A stretch of DNA of 64,000 nt from a virus: the IMG/VR virus record IMGVR_UViG_3300025138_000015. One strand, written 5' to 3'. Each line of letters starts with the position of its first letter. Position 1 is the stretch's first letter. The notes under the pieces were generated by a model. The model made no database searches. It saw only the letters and a program-made list of their open reading frames with translations, and was not told the DNA's origin. Below are positions 11,058-21,276 of this stretch, in pieces. Position numbers and translations under genes: made by a program.

Positions 11058-11065
11058 TATTTATA
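11058..11065 (-). promoter_or_regulatory. T4-type late promoter TATAAATA
   Basis: Exact TATAAATA 5 nt upstream of the gp25 ATG. Confidence 0.8.
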
Positions 11066-11069
11066 CTCC

Positions 11070-12299
11070 CTATTTACCTTTCACTGAAGTATATTTACCT
11101 GCACTTGAACCACCTTTTACAGTCGTTTCATGTTTGTGGGTTGCAAGTGTTATTCCATTTCCAGCATCTGTTGATACATCACCAACTGCGTCAATTGTAG
11201 AATCATTTGTCTGAGCACCAGTGATATGAACTGTACCGTCAACTTTCAAGTTAGTGGTCATTGTTGTTTCAGGAGATGTAAAGGTAGTATTACCAACAAC
11301 ATCTGCATTTAATGTTCCTTGAATTTGTGCATCAACATTTCCTTTCAATACATTCATATTAACATTACCTGTATCAACTGTTATATTAACATTGCCGTGA
11401 CCAACTTGTAAGTCTGCATTACCGGCAATATACACTTTGTCGTCTTTAAGTATTGCAGTATAATTATTGTTTACAATTCTGGTGACTTCTGAACCGTCTG
11501 CATGAATCTCATGGAAAGTTCCTGACCTGTGATGAACATTTATTCTTTCTGATTTTGGGGTGTCATCGATTTCTAAAACATGGCCGGCCTCGGTTTGCAA
11601 AACCTTGTTGTAAGGATATACAGGTTTTGCTTGGACATCCACAAAATCTCCTAAAATCTTTTGTGTTGATGTGTGAAGCATGCCACCGTTAATTGCATGG
11701 TCTAAAATACCACCTCTTGAAATAGAAGATAAATCTGATTCATCAACATATAAAGGGTAGTAAGGCAACATGTCTGCAGTCAATTCCAATTCTGTTATTG
11801 TAGAACCTGTTGCATCATAGTTAATTACAATCTCTTTTGGGGTTTTTGGTGCAGTATCTAATGCAGTTGATAAACCGTGTGAACGATTTGGTGCTTGTTC
11901 AGGATTAGGTCCGTCTGGAGTATCTTTATACTCATCAACAGTTAGTCTTCGAGGGTCATTGAATCCCTTTTCAATATTTCTGTTTAGTAGTTCGTCTTTA
12001 GTTGTTTCTTTATATCCTTTTTGAGGAATACCGGCAGATACATGAGTAATTACAGGGTCTTGTCTAGTTTTACCATCTCTAAAGAATCCAAAAACTGTAG
12101 AACCTTCGATAAGTCCATGTTGAGTTCCTATTCCAGATAATCCTGCAGAAGTTGTTGGTAATAAAACTTGTGCCCACGGCAGGTCAGGTGTCGCAATGAA
12201 TTGTTTATTTTCTGAATGAATTCCATGTATTCTTACACGAACTCTTCCTACCTTTAAAGGGTCTTGTCTATCTTCAACTATTCCATAAAATGTTATCAT
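11070..12299 (-). CDS. gp5: Baseplate hub/central spike gp5 (no lysozyme domain evident)
   Basis: GIVEDRQDPLKVGRVRVRIHG OB-fold, YPYNKVLQTEAGHVLEIDDTP..ERI, beta-helix repeats, terminal HKH. Confidence 0.92.
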   Translation of the reverse strand: MITFYGIVEDRQDPLKVGRVRVRIHGIHSENKQFIATPDLPWAQVLLPTTSAGLSGIGTQHGLIEGSTVFGFFRDGKTRQDPVITHVSAGIPQKGYKETTKDELLNRNIEKGFNDPRRLTVDEYKDTPDGPNPEQAPNRSHGLSTALDTAPKTPKEIVINYDATGSTITELELTADMLPYYPLYVDESDLSSISRGGILDHAINGGMLHTSTQKILGDFVDVQAKPVYPYNKVLQTEAGHVLEIDDTPKSERINVHHRSGTFHEIHADGSEVTRIVNNNYTAILKDDKVYIAGNADLQVGHGNVNITVDTGNVNMNVLKGNVDAQIQGTLNADVVGNTTFTSPETTMTTNLKVDGTVHITGAQTNDSTIDAVGDVSTDAGNGITLATHKHETTVKGGSSAGKYTSVKGK

Positions 12300-13738
12300 G
12301 CTTCTCTCGGTGTCGCAGTATTGTCTAATGGTGTTGCAGTTTCTACCTTCTGCATGTAAGATTCTTTAACACATTCCATTGTCATTGTACCTGTTAATTC
12401 TGTTGGGTCACCAGTTATTTTTAAATCTGTTATAAGATATCTATCATCGTTTAATTTATCTGATGTATCTTGTTCTGAAGTTGGTTCGGCTGCAGGAAGT
12501 GATAGTTGAATAATTTGTCCCACATTCATATCAGTTCTTAAAGGAACAGTCACAACTATTCGATGTTGATTCAATATTTCAAAAAGTGCATTTCTTTCTA
12601 GTTTCGCATTGTCTCTAATTTCTTGTCCTCTGAAAAGTTCTTGAGCAGTCAAATCCTCATTGTCATCATATGAGTGTCTCATATCAGTTGCCTCAATGAA
12701 AAACGCGTTAAAATGCTGGTTTGGAGGTAAGTCAACATCTACCTCTGAATATGATGGTGGTTCTCCTTCACCTACAGAGTTTTCAACTGTAAATGTGTAT
12801 TCATATTCACCATTATGAATCATAGGATAACCAGATATATGTTTTCCTCTTTTAAATGTTTCTTCCATGTCATAAACTTCTTCTGATTCTAATTTACGCA
12901 AAGGGTCGTATACTTTCATATGAGATGCATAAGCACCTCTGACTGTACCTTTTAATGTATCAAACATTTGTGGTTTTCTATAAGAAAGAATCTGACTATT
13001 CAAACCACCAGGAGCATTTAAGTCCATATCTTCTGTTGGAGATGAGTTTCTTGGTTTCATACTGAATGAAACAGGAAATTCTTGTGCAAACATCTCATCA
13101 ATAGACTTAAATCTAAATCCACCATTCAATGTTTGAAAGAAGAACATACTGTTTCTGTAATTTGTATCACCACCCACATTTGCCTCTCTGACACAATAGT
13201 CTATGATGTTATTTGTAGTCCAATTAGGAACTATAAATTGGAAATTGTCTGGTTTGGTTTCTTCCCAATGGTCGAACTCTTCCATAGGTATCTTTGCTTC
13301 ATTTACAAGAACATTCTCTAACATGTCATCATAAGAACCTCTCAATGTTCTACTTAATCTAGTTCTTTGTAGATTAAACAATCTAGGTTCACATAAACTC
13401 AATACATATGCTTGAATCTTTTCTCCTTGTCTGGAAATATTGTCTGCTTTAAATACTCTGAATGTTTTATCAATACTATACATTGCATCTGCAGTATCAC
13501 CCATGCCTTCTTTCTGTTTGATTGATATACGAATGAATTCTTGTCCTGTAAAACGATAGTTCTTTAATAGATTAAGACCGTCAATAATACCCACAACACC
13601 TGATGAAAATTTTCTATGTATACTTTCAGATAATTCAAATTCACCAACAATTCCTGAGATATCTAAAGTCTCACCAAATTGATTGACTAGTGCTAGAGAT
13701 TCTACTAAGAATTCTCCTTGTCTTAAAGGTGCTCCCAT
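12296..13738 (-). CDS. Baseplate hub protein (gp27-like)
   Basis: Lies between gp53 and gp5; FFFQTLNGGFRFKSID and GQIIQL...DDRYLIT hub-like motifs. Confidence 0.6.
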   Translation of the reverse strand: MGAPLRQGEFLVESLALVNQFGETLDISGIVGEFELSESIHRKFSSGVVGIIDGLNLLKNYRFTGQEFIRISIKQKEGMGDTADAMYSIDKTFRVFKADNISRQGEKIQAYVLSLCEPRLFNLQRTRLSRTLRGSYDDMLENVLVNEAKIPMEEFDHWEETKPDNFQFIVPNWTTNNIIDYCVREANVGGDTNYRNSMFFFQTLNGGFRFKSIDEMFAQEFPVSFSMKPRNSSPTEDMDLNAPGGLNSQILSYRKPQMFDTLKGTVRGAYASHMKVYDPLRKLESEEVYDMEETFKRGKHISGYPMIHNGEYEYTFTVENSVGEGEPPSYSEVDVDLPPNQHFNAFFIEATDMRHSYDDNEDLTAQELFRGQEIRDNAKLERNALFEILNQHRIVVTVPLRTDMNVGQIIQLSLPAAEPTSEQDTSDKLNDDRYLITDLKITGDPTELTGTMTMECVKESYMQKVETATPLDNTATPREA

Positions 13739-14448
13739 TATGATGCCATTACTTTTTCAAATTCTGATACGACTCTTCGTATATACTCAGGTCTTATAAC
13801 TTTTATTTTTCTTGACTTCTCATTCTGTTCATAGTCATGTGTATAGTAAGTCACTGGTGTAAAACCTGTTGTTGAGGTGTTTCTTTTATGACCTTCTGAG
13901 TTGACATAATGGTCAACACCATCAGAACCGTTCTGAACGGATGATACCGTGAATGATTTACCACTCACTTTGCCTGTGACAACATCATTTGCATTCCAAG
14001 TTCCACCTACAACACCAATTCTATTGAATGTGGGTTGAACTGATATGACATTACCTTGTTGTGTTCCTGTTTCGATTATTTCTCCTAACAACCATTTGTT
14101 TGTTGAACTTACTATGTCTGATGAGTTAGTTGAAGTCAACCAATATTCAGGATACATTTCTTTAATATGGTTTTCAAATGTGACTTGGTCTTTATACCAT
14201 TGATAATAATTATCCATTTCATTGACCAAGAAAAATGTCCAATGTAAATCACTATCACCATATAATCTATCTGCAACAACATCTGGTCTTTCACCGTCTT
14301 GTATTTCATAGAATGTGTATGAGATTACACTGTTAACAGATTCCTGTTCTATTGTAGACTTTCTAAAGAAGTCTTTAATGGTAACAATCTTACCTGTTGA
14401 TAAAGTATATTGTATTTCTGGAAAGTTTTTAAATAATTGATTTGACAT
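13738..14448 (-). CDS. gp53: Baseplate wedge subunit gp53
   Basis: FKNFPEIQY, YEIQDGERPDVVADRLYGDSDLHW LysM-like motif, NEKSRKIKVIRPEY. Confidence 0.92.
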   Translation of the reverse strand: MSNQLFKNFPEIQYTLSTGKIVTIKDFFRKSTIEQESVNSVISYTFYEIQDGERPDVVADRLYGDSDLHWTFFLVNEMDNYYQWYKDQVTFENHIKEMYPEYWLTSTNSSDIVSSTNKWLLGEIIETGTQQGNVISVQPTFNRIGVVGGTWNANDVVTGKVSGKSFTVSSVQNGSDGVDHYVNSEGHKRNTSTTGFTPVTYYTHDYEQNEKSRKIKVIRPEYIRRVVSEFEKVMAS

Positions 14449-14456
14449 ATTTTACC

Positions 14457-15626
14457 TTATGGATTTTTCTTGTTCTTCTTAGAATCTTTTATTGCTTGTT
14501 CACCGGCAGAACCTGCTTTTAAGTTTGCGTCTCTAGCATCTGCGTCTTGCGCATTTTCATCAATGATACTAGGCATAGATTTAAGACCTGATTCTGCACC
14601 CATTGAGTTTGCAGTAATTTCTTGATAAGATTCTTGTGTAAGTATTTTAAGTTCTTGAAATCCTAAGTCCATTTTAATACTTGTTGGTTGTCCTTCTTTG
14701 AAGAAAGTCATAGAAGTTGCATCTCCCTCATAGGTGACTTTACAACTCTGTAAAACCATAGGAAGATATCCATCAACCTTATTTGAAATAGGTCCTTCTA
14801 ACTCTGCTTTCCATGTATTGGGATAGTTAAAGAATCCCTCTGCATCTGATGACGCTGCACCTAATGCCGGATATGTATCAGGCAACATTGCAGTTTTAAA
14901 GTAATAGATAATATCATTTATCTGGTCTGCCTCTGCTTGAGAAGTTGGTGACATAGTATAAGAAAAGGATAGACTTCTAAAGTCAACACCCTCTAAGGAC
15001 ATTTCTTGCATAGGGTTTACTGCTTTACCTTGCATGATAAACATTGCATTACCAGTCATACTGTTTAAAAGTTTTGACGCTGCTTGTGATAGACCTTGAA
15101 TCATACCAGTAATAAATCCTGTTCCACCTTGTGCCGCTCCTCTTGCAAGTGAACCAACATCTTTTGCGGCATACTTAACAGAAGCTTCTTGTTCTAGTGT
15201 TAAAGGAATATGTAATGCAATCTGAACTTGTCCGTCTGCTGTATTCATAAGAGATGCTCTTTTTGTGTCTGCACCCATAACCATACCATCTGATTCTCTT
15301 CGTTGACGATTGATTCTTGCACGACTTGTGAATACTATGTAATTATCGTGTTGCTCTTCGAACGGATATTGAAGTTCAATTAGTTGTCCGTCTGGAGACT
15401 TCTTTGCTTTGTTCTTTGCTTTGTTGTTTGCATTCAAAGACTTCTGTAATGACGACTTTCTTTTCTCTAAAGTCTGTTTTGCAATTTCTGCCTGTGCTTC
15501 CAACTCGTTAGAGTTGATTACTGAGTTGTAGTTCAGTTGTGATAGTTTGGATTTGATTCCTTTTGCACTAGAAATAGCAGATTTTGCTTTATTTACTTTA
15601 CTTAAAATTTTGTTAATATTGGGCAT
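14457..15626 (-). CDS. gp48: Baseplate tail-tube cap gp48
   Basis: NPMQEMSLEGVDFRSLSFSYTMSP, IIYYFKTAMLP, LGFQELKILT motifs. Confidence 0.85.
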   Translation of the reverse strand: MPNINKILSKVNKAKSAISSAKGIKSKLSQLNYNSVINSNELEAQAEIAKQTLEKRKSSLQKSLNANNKAKNKAKKSPDGQLIELQYPFEEQHDNYIVFTSRARINRQRRESDGMVMGADTKRASLMNTADGQVQIALHIPLTLEQEASVKYAAKDVGSLARGAAQGGTGFITGMIQGLSQAASKLLNSMTGNAMFIMQGKAVNPMQEMSLEGVDFRSLSFSYTMSPTSQAEADQINDIIYYFKTAMLPDTYPALGAASSDAEGFFNYPNTWKAELEGPISNKVDGYLPMVLQSCKVTYEGDATSMTFFKEGQPTSIKMDLGFQELKILTQESYQEITANSMGAESGLKSMPSIIDENAQDADARDANLKAGSAGEQAIKDSKKNKKNP

Positions 15627-15664
15627 ATAAATATCCTTAAACGAGTTATATACATCTATTTATG
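15626..15664. promoter_or_regulatory. Late promoters at the divergent gp48/gp4 junction
   Basis: TATAAATA on + at 15626-15633 (for gp4) and CATAAATA on - at 15657-15664 (for gp48). Confidence 0.7.
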
Positions 15665-16093
15665 TCATACAGTGGTAAGTTCAAACCAAAGAATTACAAA
15701 AAATACAAAGGAGACCCAACAAAAATCTTCTATCGTTCGCTATGGGAGCGAAGATTCATGGTTTATTGCGATAATAACGAAAATGTCATTGAATGGGGCA
15801 GTGAAGAAGTCATAATTCCTTATAAATCACCTTTAGACAAGAGAGTTCATCGTTATTTTCCCGATTTTTACATAAAATATGTAAATTCTGCTGGTCAAAC
15901 AGTAAGAGAAGTGATTGAAGTCAAACCAAAGAGACAATTACTGCCTCCGAAACCCCCAAAACGACAAACTAAGAGATATCTCAACGAAGTAGCTACATAT
16001 GCCGTAAATCAAGCTAAATTTAAAGCAGCGGAAGCATTTTGTAAAGAAAGAAGACTAAAATTTCGAATTTTAACTGAAGACCACCTTACATAA
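15662..16093 (+). CDS. gp4: Head completion nuclease gp4
   Basis: YSGKFKPKNYKKYKGDPT..YRSLWE, HRYFPDF, EVKP (TnsA-like endonuclease). Confidence 0.95.
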   Translation: MSYSGKFKPKNYKKYKGDPTKIFYRSLWERRFMVYCDNNENVIEWGSEEVIIPYKSPLDKRVHRYFPDFYIKYVNSAGQTVREVIEVKPKRQLLPPKPPKRQTKRYLNEVATYAVNQAKFKAAEAFCKERRLKFRILTEDHLT

Positions 16094-16109
16094 TACATAA
16101 ATAGTATGT

Positions 16110-16685
16110 ATGTTAGACTTACTTGATAAAATTCAAAATGAATCTCCTTTGGAAAATGCTCAAAGAAGTAAAGAGAGTCTTGAATGGTTTAAAGGCAGAC
16201 TTAGAAAGATAAGACAACCAGTAAATAAACTACTAACTGATGATGATTTTCCTATAGTTAGTAGACCAGAGTTAGGCAGAATGTATATGTATCTTTATGA
16301 TGCAAAATACCAAGATTTGATGCCTTATTGGGATAAATTTCCACTCACTATTGTATTTGACTTACTTACAGACGGTTTTATGGGCATAAATTTACATTAC
16401 ATTGCACCAAGATATAGAACTGCATTACTTTTGAGTCTTTATGAGATTGCAGTTGATAACGATGACGATGAAGAACAAAGAGTTGCATTATCTTATCAAT
16501 TAATTAAGTCTGTTTCAGGTCTTAGATATGCAAAACCATGTGTAAAGAGATATCTTTACGGTCATGTCAACTCCAGAATAGCAGAAATTCCTATGGAGAA
16601 TTGGGACATGATGGCAATGTTGCCCTCACAAAAATTTAATGTAAACGCAAACACTGTATATGCAGAAAGTAGAGAGAAATTTTAA
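16110..16685 (+). CDS. gp2: DNA end protector protein gp2
   Basis: GRMYMYLYDAK..MPYWDKFPL, GINLHY, KPCVKRYL motifs. Confidence 0.92.
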   Translation: MLDLLDKIQNESPLENAQRSKESLEWFKGRLRKIRQPVNKLLTDDDFPIVSRPELGRMYMYLYDAKYQDLMPYWDKFPLTIVFDLLTDGFMGINLHYIAPRYRTALLLSLYEIAVDNDDDEEQRVALSYQLIKSVSGLRYAKPCVKRYLYGHVNSRIAEIPMENWDMMAMLPSQKFNVNANTVYAESREKF

Positions 16686-17368
16686 TGGATATTAATAAGA
16701 TAAAGGCCAATTTCGATTCAGGTGCGATGAACAATAGATTCGCAGTTAACATGTTCGGACCTGGTGGCATAAAGTTAGAAGGAGTTAGATGTGAAACTGC
16801 ATCACTTCCTGGTAGAAGTTTAACAACAAAAGATTTTGCAACGACAGGAACAATAACAAAAAAAGTCACACAAGTAAATAATACAAATGAAGTAGATTTC
16901 TCATTTGTGTGTGATTCAAGTTTCTTTGATAGATATATCATCGAGGCATGGCAATCTTCTATCTTCACTGCAGAAGACGGAAATAGTATCAAACCAATCT
17001 TTAATTATCCAAAAGATTATTATGGTACAATAGAAGTAGAACAATTTAGAAGAGATGATTCAATGGCATTAAGATACAAATTTCATGATGCATTTCCAGT
17101 CTCTTACGAACCAATGGCACTGTCAATGAGTGAAGGTGCCTTATTAAAATTTTCATGCAAATTTGCATTTAAAACATTTGATACTGAATATGGGGATGCC
17201 CCTCAACTTTCGGTACTAAATAAAGGAAGACGATATCTTGATTTAGCAAGAGAGAGTCTTACAGTTGCTAGTCGATACAACAACAAGTCTAAGGACTTTT
17301 TAGGGAAACTTAATAACTTAGATTCGGCGGGGTCAAGACTGAGCAATTTACTAGGTGGTGGCATCTAG
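16685..17368 (+). CDS. gp54: Baseplate tail-tube initiator gp54 (tail-tube fold)
   Basis: CETASLPGR, FNYPKDYYGTIEV, DAFP motifs; synteny. Confidence 0.75.
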   Translation: MDINKIKANFDSGAMNNRFAVNMFGPGGIKLEGVRCETASLPGRSLTTKDFATTGTITKKVTQVNNTNEVDFSFVCDSSFFDRYIIEAWQSSIFTAEDGNSIKPIFNYPKDYYGTIEVEQFRRDDSMALRYKFHDAFPVSYEPMALSMSEGALLKFSCKFAFKTFDTEYGDAPQLSVLNKGRRYLDLARESLTVASRYNNKSKDFLGKLNNLDSAGSRLSNLLGGGI

Positions 17369-17390
17369 TAATAACATTATGGAGTAAATT

Positions 17391-18092
17391 ATGGGATTAC
17401 CAATCCAATCAGCACCGACATATAAAACGGTGCTACCAAGTAATGGTCTTGAAATAAAGTTTCGACCTTTTCTTGTTAAAGAACAAAAGGTATTGATGTT
17501 GGCAAAAGAGGGTGATGATAAAACTGAATCCCTCGAAGCAGTCAAAAATATGATTAATGATGTTACCTTTGGAGAGATTGATGCGAATGATTTAGCAATG
17601 ATAGACCTTGAATGGTTGTTCATTCAAATTCGTACAAAATCTGTTGGTGAAAGTGCAACTGTTAAAATGAAATGTCTGGAAGATGACTGTTCAGGAACAG
17701 GTGAGGCTTTAATCAATTTCGAGGAAGTAGAAGTTAAGGGAGAAATTCTTGACAATACTATAATGGTTAGTGATGATGTTGGAGTAGTTTTGAGATTACT
17801 CAAAGTAGAAGATACTAAAAGTGTACAAGATATGCCTGAAAATGAGGTGATATTTTATCTATTGAATAAGTCTATAGATAGAATCTTTGATGCAGAAAGT
17901 GTCTATGAGAGAACTGATATTAGTGACGCGGATGTAGATGAGTTTATTGAAAACTTAACCTTTGCACAACTAGGATTATTATCGGAATACTTTGAGAAAA
18001 CTCCTAAACTAACGAAAGAAGTAAATTTCAAATGTGAAATTTGCGGAACTCAACAGAGTAGAGTTTTAGAAGGATTACAAAATTTTTTCTAA
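17391..18092 (+). CDS. gp26: Baseplate hub assembly protein gp26
   Basis: LPSNGLEIKFRPFLVKEQKVL, DLEWLFIQIRTKSVGE, terminal LEGLQNFF. Confidence 0.92.
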   Translation: MGLPIQSAPTYKTVLPSNGLEIKFRPFLVKEQKVLMLAKEGDDKTESLEAVKNMINDVTFGEIDANDLAMIDLEWLFIQIRTKSVGESATVKMKCLEDDCSGTGEALINFEEVEVKGEILDNTIMVSDDVGVVLRLLKVEDTKSVQDMPENEVIFYLLNKSIDRIFDAESVYERTDISDADVDEFIENLTFAQLGLLSEYFEKTPKLTKEVNFKCEICGTQQSRVLEGLQNFF

Positions 18093-18271
18093 TAGCCCTT
18101 TCTCACGAGTCGGTGTATAACTATTATAACACCAACTTTCAGTTGATGCAACATCATAATTATCAATTATCAGAATTAGAAGATATGATGCCGTGGGAGA
18201 GGGAGATTTATACGAGTCTTCTCTTAAACTACTTAGAACAGGAAAAACAGAGACAGAAAAGTAAACAATAA
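18080..18271 (+). CDS. gp51: Baseplate hub assembly catalyst gp51-like ORF (in the -1 frame of gp26; start uncertain, possibly reached by frameshift)
   Basis: Not in the ORF track. Frame reads LIALSHESVYNYYNTNFQLMQHHNYQLSELEDMMPWEREIYTSLLLNYLEQEK, with the NF.LMQHH..L.E.E.MMPWER motif of gp51 homologues. Confidence 0.85.
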   Translation, partial: KFFLIALSHESVYNYYNTNFQLMQHHNYQLSELEDMMPWEREIYTSLLLNYLEQEKQRQKSKQ

Positions 18272-18313
18272 TCTTTATTATGTATGCCGTGATTAACAAT
18301 ATGGAGTTATAAA

Positions 18314-18694
18314 ATGGCAGAAGAACACAAAGACATGTCAAGCAATGAGGTGGAAATTGATTTAGATAAGTATATGGCACTTATCGAAAAACTTGACGCA
18401 CAAGAAGATGTAATCCGAGAAATGAAAGAAGATGCCATTAAGGCAAAACGCGGATTAGAACCACCAAAAAGAAAGTTTATAGATTTGTTCTTAGACGACA
18501 ATGATTTGAATGAGAAAGCAATCATCGGATTCATCTCATTCTTTTTAATGATGTGTTTCGGTATAACAGACTTAGTCACAGCACTAGTTTGGGATATAGA
18601 CTTAAAAGTCTCTGAAACAATCTATACATCATTTGTAGTAGTCACACTAGGTGCATTTGGAATATCAGAAGCTGGAAAAGCATTCGGTAAATAA
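18314..18694 (+). CDS. Coiled-coil plus two-TM membrane protein (holin candidate)
   Basis: Two C-terminal hydrophobic helices; GGAG RBS. Confidence 0.45.
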   Translation: MAEEHKDMSSNEVEIDLDKYMALIEKLDAQEDVIREMKEDAIKAKRGLEPPKRKFIDLFLDDNDLNEKAIIGFISFFLMMCFGITDLVTALVWDIDLKVSETIYTSFVVVTLGAFGISEAGKAFGK

Positions 18695-18705
18695 AGGAAA
18701 ATTAA

Positions 18706-20823
18706 ATGGCAGACGAAGAGATAAAAAAGGTTCGTAAACAGATTTTAGACGAACTCAAAGACGCCCAAAAGAAAGAGAAAAAAATTCGTGCAGAGTTTAA
18801 TACAGAACTTGAAGAGTCTACTGTAGGAACAACTAAAGAATTTAAGAATGTTATCTCTAGTCTCGCTAAAACAAGACCAGAGGCAGCTAAAATTGTTTCT
18901 GAGTTTAAAGGTTTGTCTGCCGACACATTTAAAGGTGCCGTTCTTAATAGAGACCTTATTAAAGGTATGTCTGCTGCGACTGAAATGGCAGAAAAGGGTT
19001 GGAGTAATCTAACCGAAGAACAACAAGACATTCTATCAGATGTATTTGGTGGACAAGTTGCAAGAATGCAAGGTCTTGAACGAGAAGAAGAGAAATTTAC
19101 TAACCTTAGAAAAGAGGCCTTAATAAAACAAGGACAAACTCAACAAAAGATTACCGACTTAGATAAAGTAATGGCAGATGAGAAATCTTCTGCTCTTTCC
19201 GATGCAATGAAAGCAGTAAAAGATGCAGAAAAGAAAGCAGCGGAAAATGAAACAAAATCACAAGACTTTAAACTACAGGCAAAAATAGAACAGGCTAAAA
19301 ATGCTCTTGCAGACGAAGAATCAAACCAAGAAAAGATATTAAAAGAAAAATACAAAGGTCAACAAGAACTATTGTCTAAAGAAATGAAGGACAAAACTTT
19401 CTTTGTTGACCAACATGAAGAATCATTGTCTTCAATTGCACAACACCAAGAGAATGCTTCAAAAGAACTTAAAGCATCTATTGATAAATCTAAAGAAGAA
19501 CAGATGCAAGGCCTTTCAAATTTCTCTGATGGTTTTAAAGAACTTGTTGGTTTTGATATCATGGGAACATTCGATGGTGCAACTAAGAAGTTAAATGCAC
19601 TAGGTAAAGTTTTCGGTGGAGATGGAGTCTTAGGTGATAAGATTATGGGCAATCTCGGAAGAGTAATGCAAGATGCAGGAAAAGGAATTGGAAAAGCTGC
19701 AGGAAGTCTTAAAAAATCTTTGGGTTCTATGCTTTCAGGAGGCATGACGGCTCTTCGAGGTGCTTTCACGGCCATAGGTACAGGACTCGCAGCAGCGGGA
19801 ACTGCCTTAATGACAACACTGACCGCATTCGCTGCTGGTGCCGCTGCATTCATAGGTGGTTTAGCTATGACCGCAGGTGGTCTATTACTTGCCGCTGCAC
19901 CGTACATACTTGCAGGTATAGCTATTGTTGGTTTAGTCATGGCAGGTATGAAACTATATGAAGAGTCTGAAGGATTCAAGGCAGCGGTCGATACAGTTAT
20001 AGATTACTTCATAGATATTAAAGACTCTATCTTTACAATCTTTGGTGGATTCTTTGACTTCTTTAAAGGTCTATTTACAGGAGACTTCGACCTAATGTTC
20101 TCTGGTCTAAAAGATTCATTTGGTGGATTATGGGATTTAATAAAGGCACCATTTAAAGCAATCGGTAACTTCTTTAAGAATGTATTCGGTATTGACATTG
20201 GTAAGTTTATAAAAGACATGGCAAAGAAACTGTTACCAGATTGGGCAGTCAATCTGATATTCGGCAAAGATGATGAAGCACCGGCAGAAGAAGAACCTTT
20301 AAAGGAAAGAGATAAGTCTAAAGAAGCACTACAAGAACAAAATTTGGCCAGTGCTGAAGAATCTGGATTGTATGAAAAGGTTGGAATGTTTGGTAAGAGT
20401 CAAGTAAACAAAGACATGATTATCACTGCACCTAATAATCAGTTGAACGCCATTCTTTCTGATGATGATATTGCCGATGAGTCTAAAGAACTAATTCAAA
20501 AAGAACTAGAGGCAAGAAAATCAATCATTGCAGATTATAACGAAGCTAAAACAGCTCTTGCAAATGGTGAGACAAACTTAGCAGACGGTTCTGATGCAAG
20601 TCTAGTTATGGAATTTGCAGAAGACGATATGGCAAAGAGACGAGGTGATGATATCGAACAAGCAACACAAGATGCAAAACCAAATATAAATGCGGCCGCA
20701 GAGGCAGTTGCTTCAGTTGTTCAACAGAATAATAATAACTCTTCTACTAATGTTTTAGTTCGTAAGGATACTGCTAGAGACGAGAACGATAGATATTATA
20801 ACGATATGGTTGGTGACTTTTAA
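18706..20823 (+). CDS. Tail tape-measure / baseplate hub protein (gp29-like)
   Basis: Long coiled coil plus Ala/Gly-rich hydrophobic segment and F/W-periodic repeats; C-terminal VVQQNNNNSSTNV; follows gp26/gp51. Confidence 0.7.
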   Translation: MADEEIKKVRKQILDELKDAQKKEKKIRAEFNTELEESTVGTTKEFKNVISSLAKTRPEAAKIVSEFKGLSADTFKGAVLNRDLIKGMSAATEMAEKGWSNLTEEQQDILSDVFGGQVARMQGLEREEEKFTNLRKEALIKQGQTQQKITDLDKVMADEKSSALSDAMKAVKDAEKKAAENETKSQDFKLQAKIEQAKNALADEESNQEKILKEKYKGQQELLSKEMKDKTFFVDQHEESLSSIAQHQENASKELKASIDKSKEEQMQGLSNFSDGFKELVGFDIMGTFDGATKKLNALGKVFGGDGVLGDKIMGNLGRVMQDAGKGIGKAAGSLKKSLGSMLSGGMTALRGAFTAIGTGLAAAGTALMTTLTAFAAGAAAFIGGLAMTAGGLLLAAAPYILAGIAIVGLVMAGMKLYEESEGFKAAVDTVIDYFIDIKDSIFTIFGGFFDFFKGLFTGDFDLMFSGLKDSFGGLWDLIKAPFKAIGNFFKNVFGIDIGKFIKDMAKKLLPDWAVNLIFGKDDEAPAEEEPLKERDKSKEALQEQNLASAEESGLYEKVGMFGKSQVNKDMIITAPNNQLNAILSDDDIADESKELIQKELEARKSIIADYNEAKTALANGETNLADGSDASLVMEFAEDDMAKRRGDDIEQATQDAKPNINAAAEAVASVVQQNNNNSSTNVLVRKDTARDENDRYYNDMVGDF

Positions 20824-21023
20824 GAGTCTTTGGAATACTTTTCTTTCCTTGGTATAATCTTAGTTTTGTCTTTATGCATCTGAGTAGATGCGTGTGAAGG
20901 TGTTTCTTTTCTAGCTTTTACTTCTGGTTTCTTTTTACCAAATGCGAGTTCCCAACCGTCAGCATAGGCATCTTCGTTAGAGTTCCTTCTCTTAGAACCT
21001 TTTCCCCCATGCCACTCATTCAT
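20820..21023 (-). CDS. Small basic hypothetical protein
   Basis: WHGGKGSKRR motif; coupled to the bS21 stop. Confidence 0.65.
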   Translation of the reverse strand: MNEWHGGKGSKRRNSNEDAYADGWELAFGKKKPEVKARKETPSHASTQMHKDKTKIIPRKEKYSKDS

Positions 21024-21256
21024 TATCTTGGTCTATAACCTTTTTGTGAAGCCCTTTTTGCATCAAGTTTCTTTCGTCTTTTGATGTCCTGATTTCTTTG
21101 ATTCTTTGTATCGTTAGGTTTTTCATGATATTGTCTATCACGAACCTCTTGAACTATACCTGCCCTCTCACATTCTTTCTTAAATCTCCTAAGCATTCTA
21201 TCGAAAGGTTCTTCCTGTCGATTCTTAGGGTTGATTTTTGGTCTCACTTCTGGCAT
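21023..21256 (-). CDS. rpsU: 30S ribosomal protein bS21
   Basis: [32 protein letters not shown] matches the S21 consensus (E. coli [32 protein letters not shown]); AGGAG RBS. Confidence 0.93.
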   Translation of the reverse strand: MPEVRPKINPKNRQEEPFDRMLRRFKKECERAGIVQEVRDRQYHEKPNDTKNQRNQDIKRRKKLDAKRASQKGYRPR

Positions 21257-21276
21257 AATTCTCCTGTTTTAAATAA

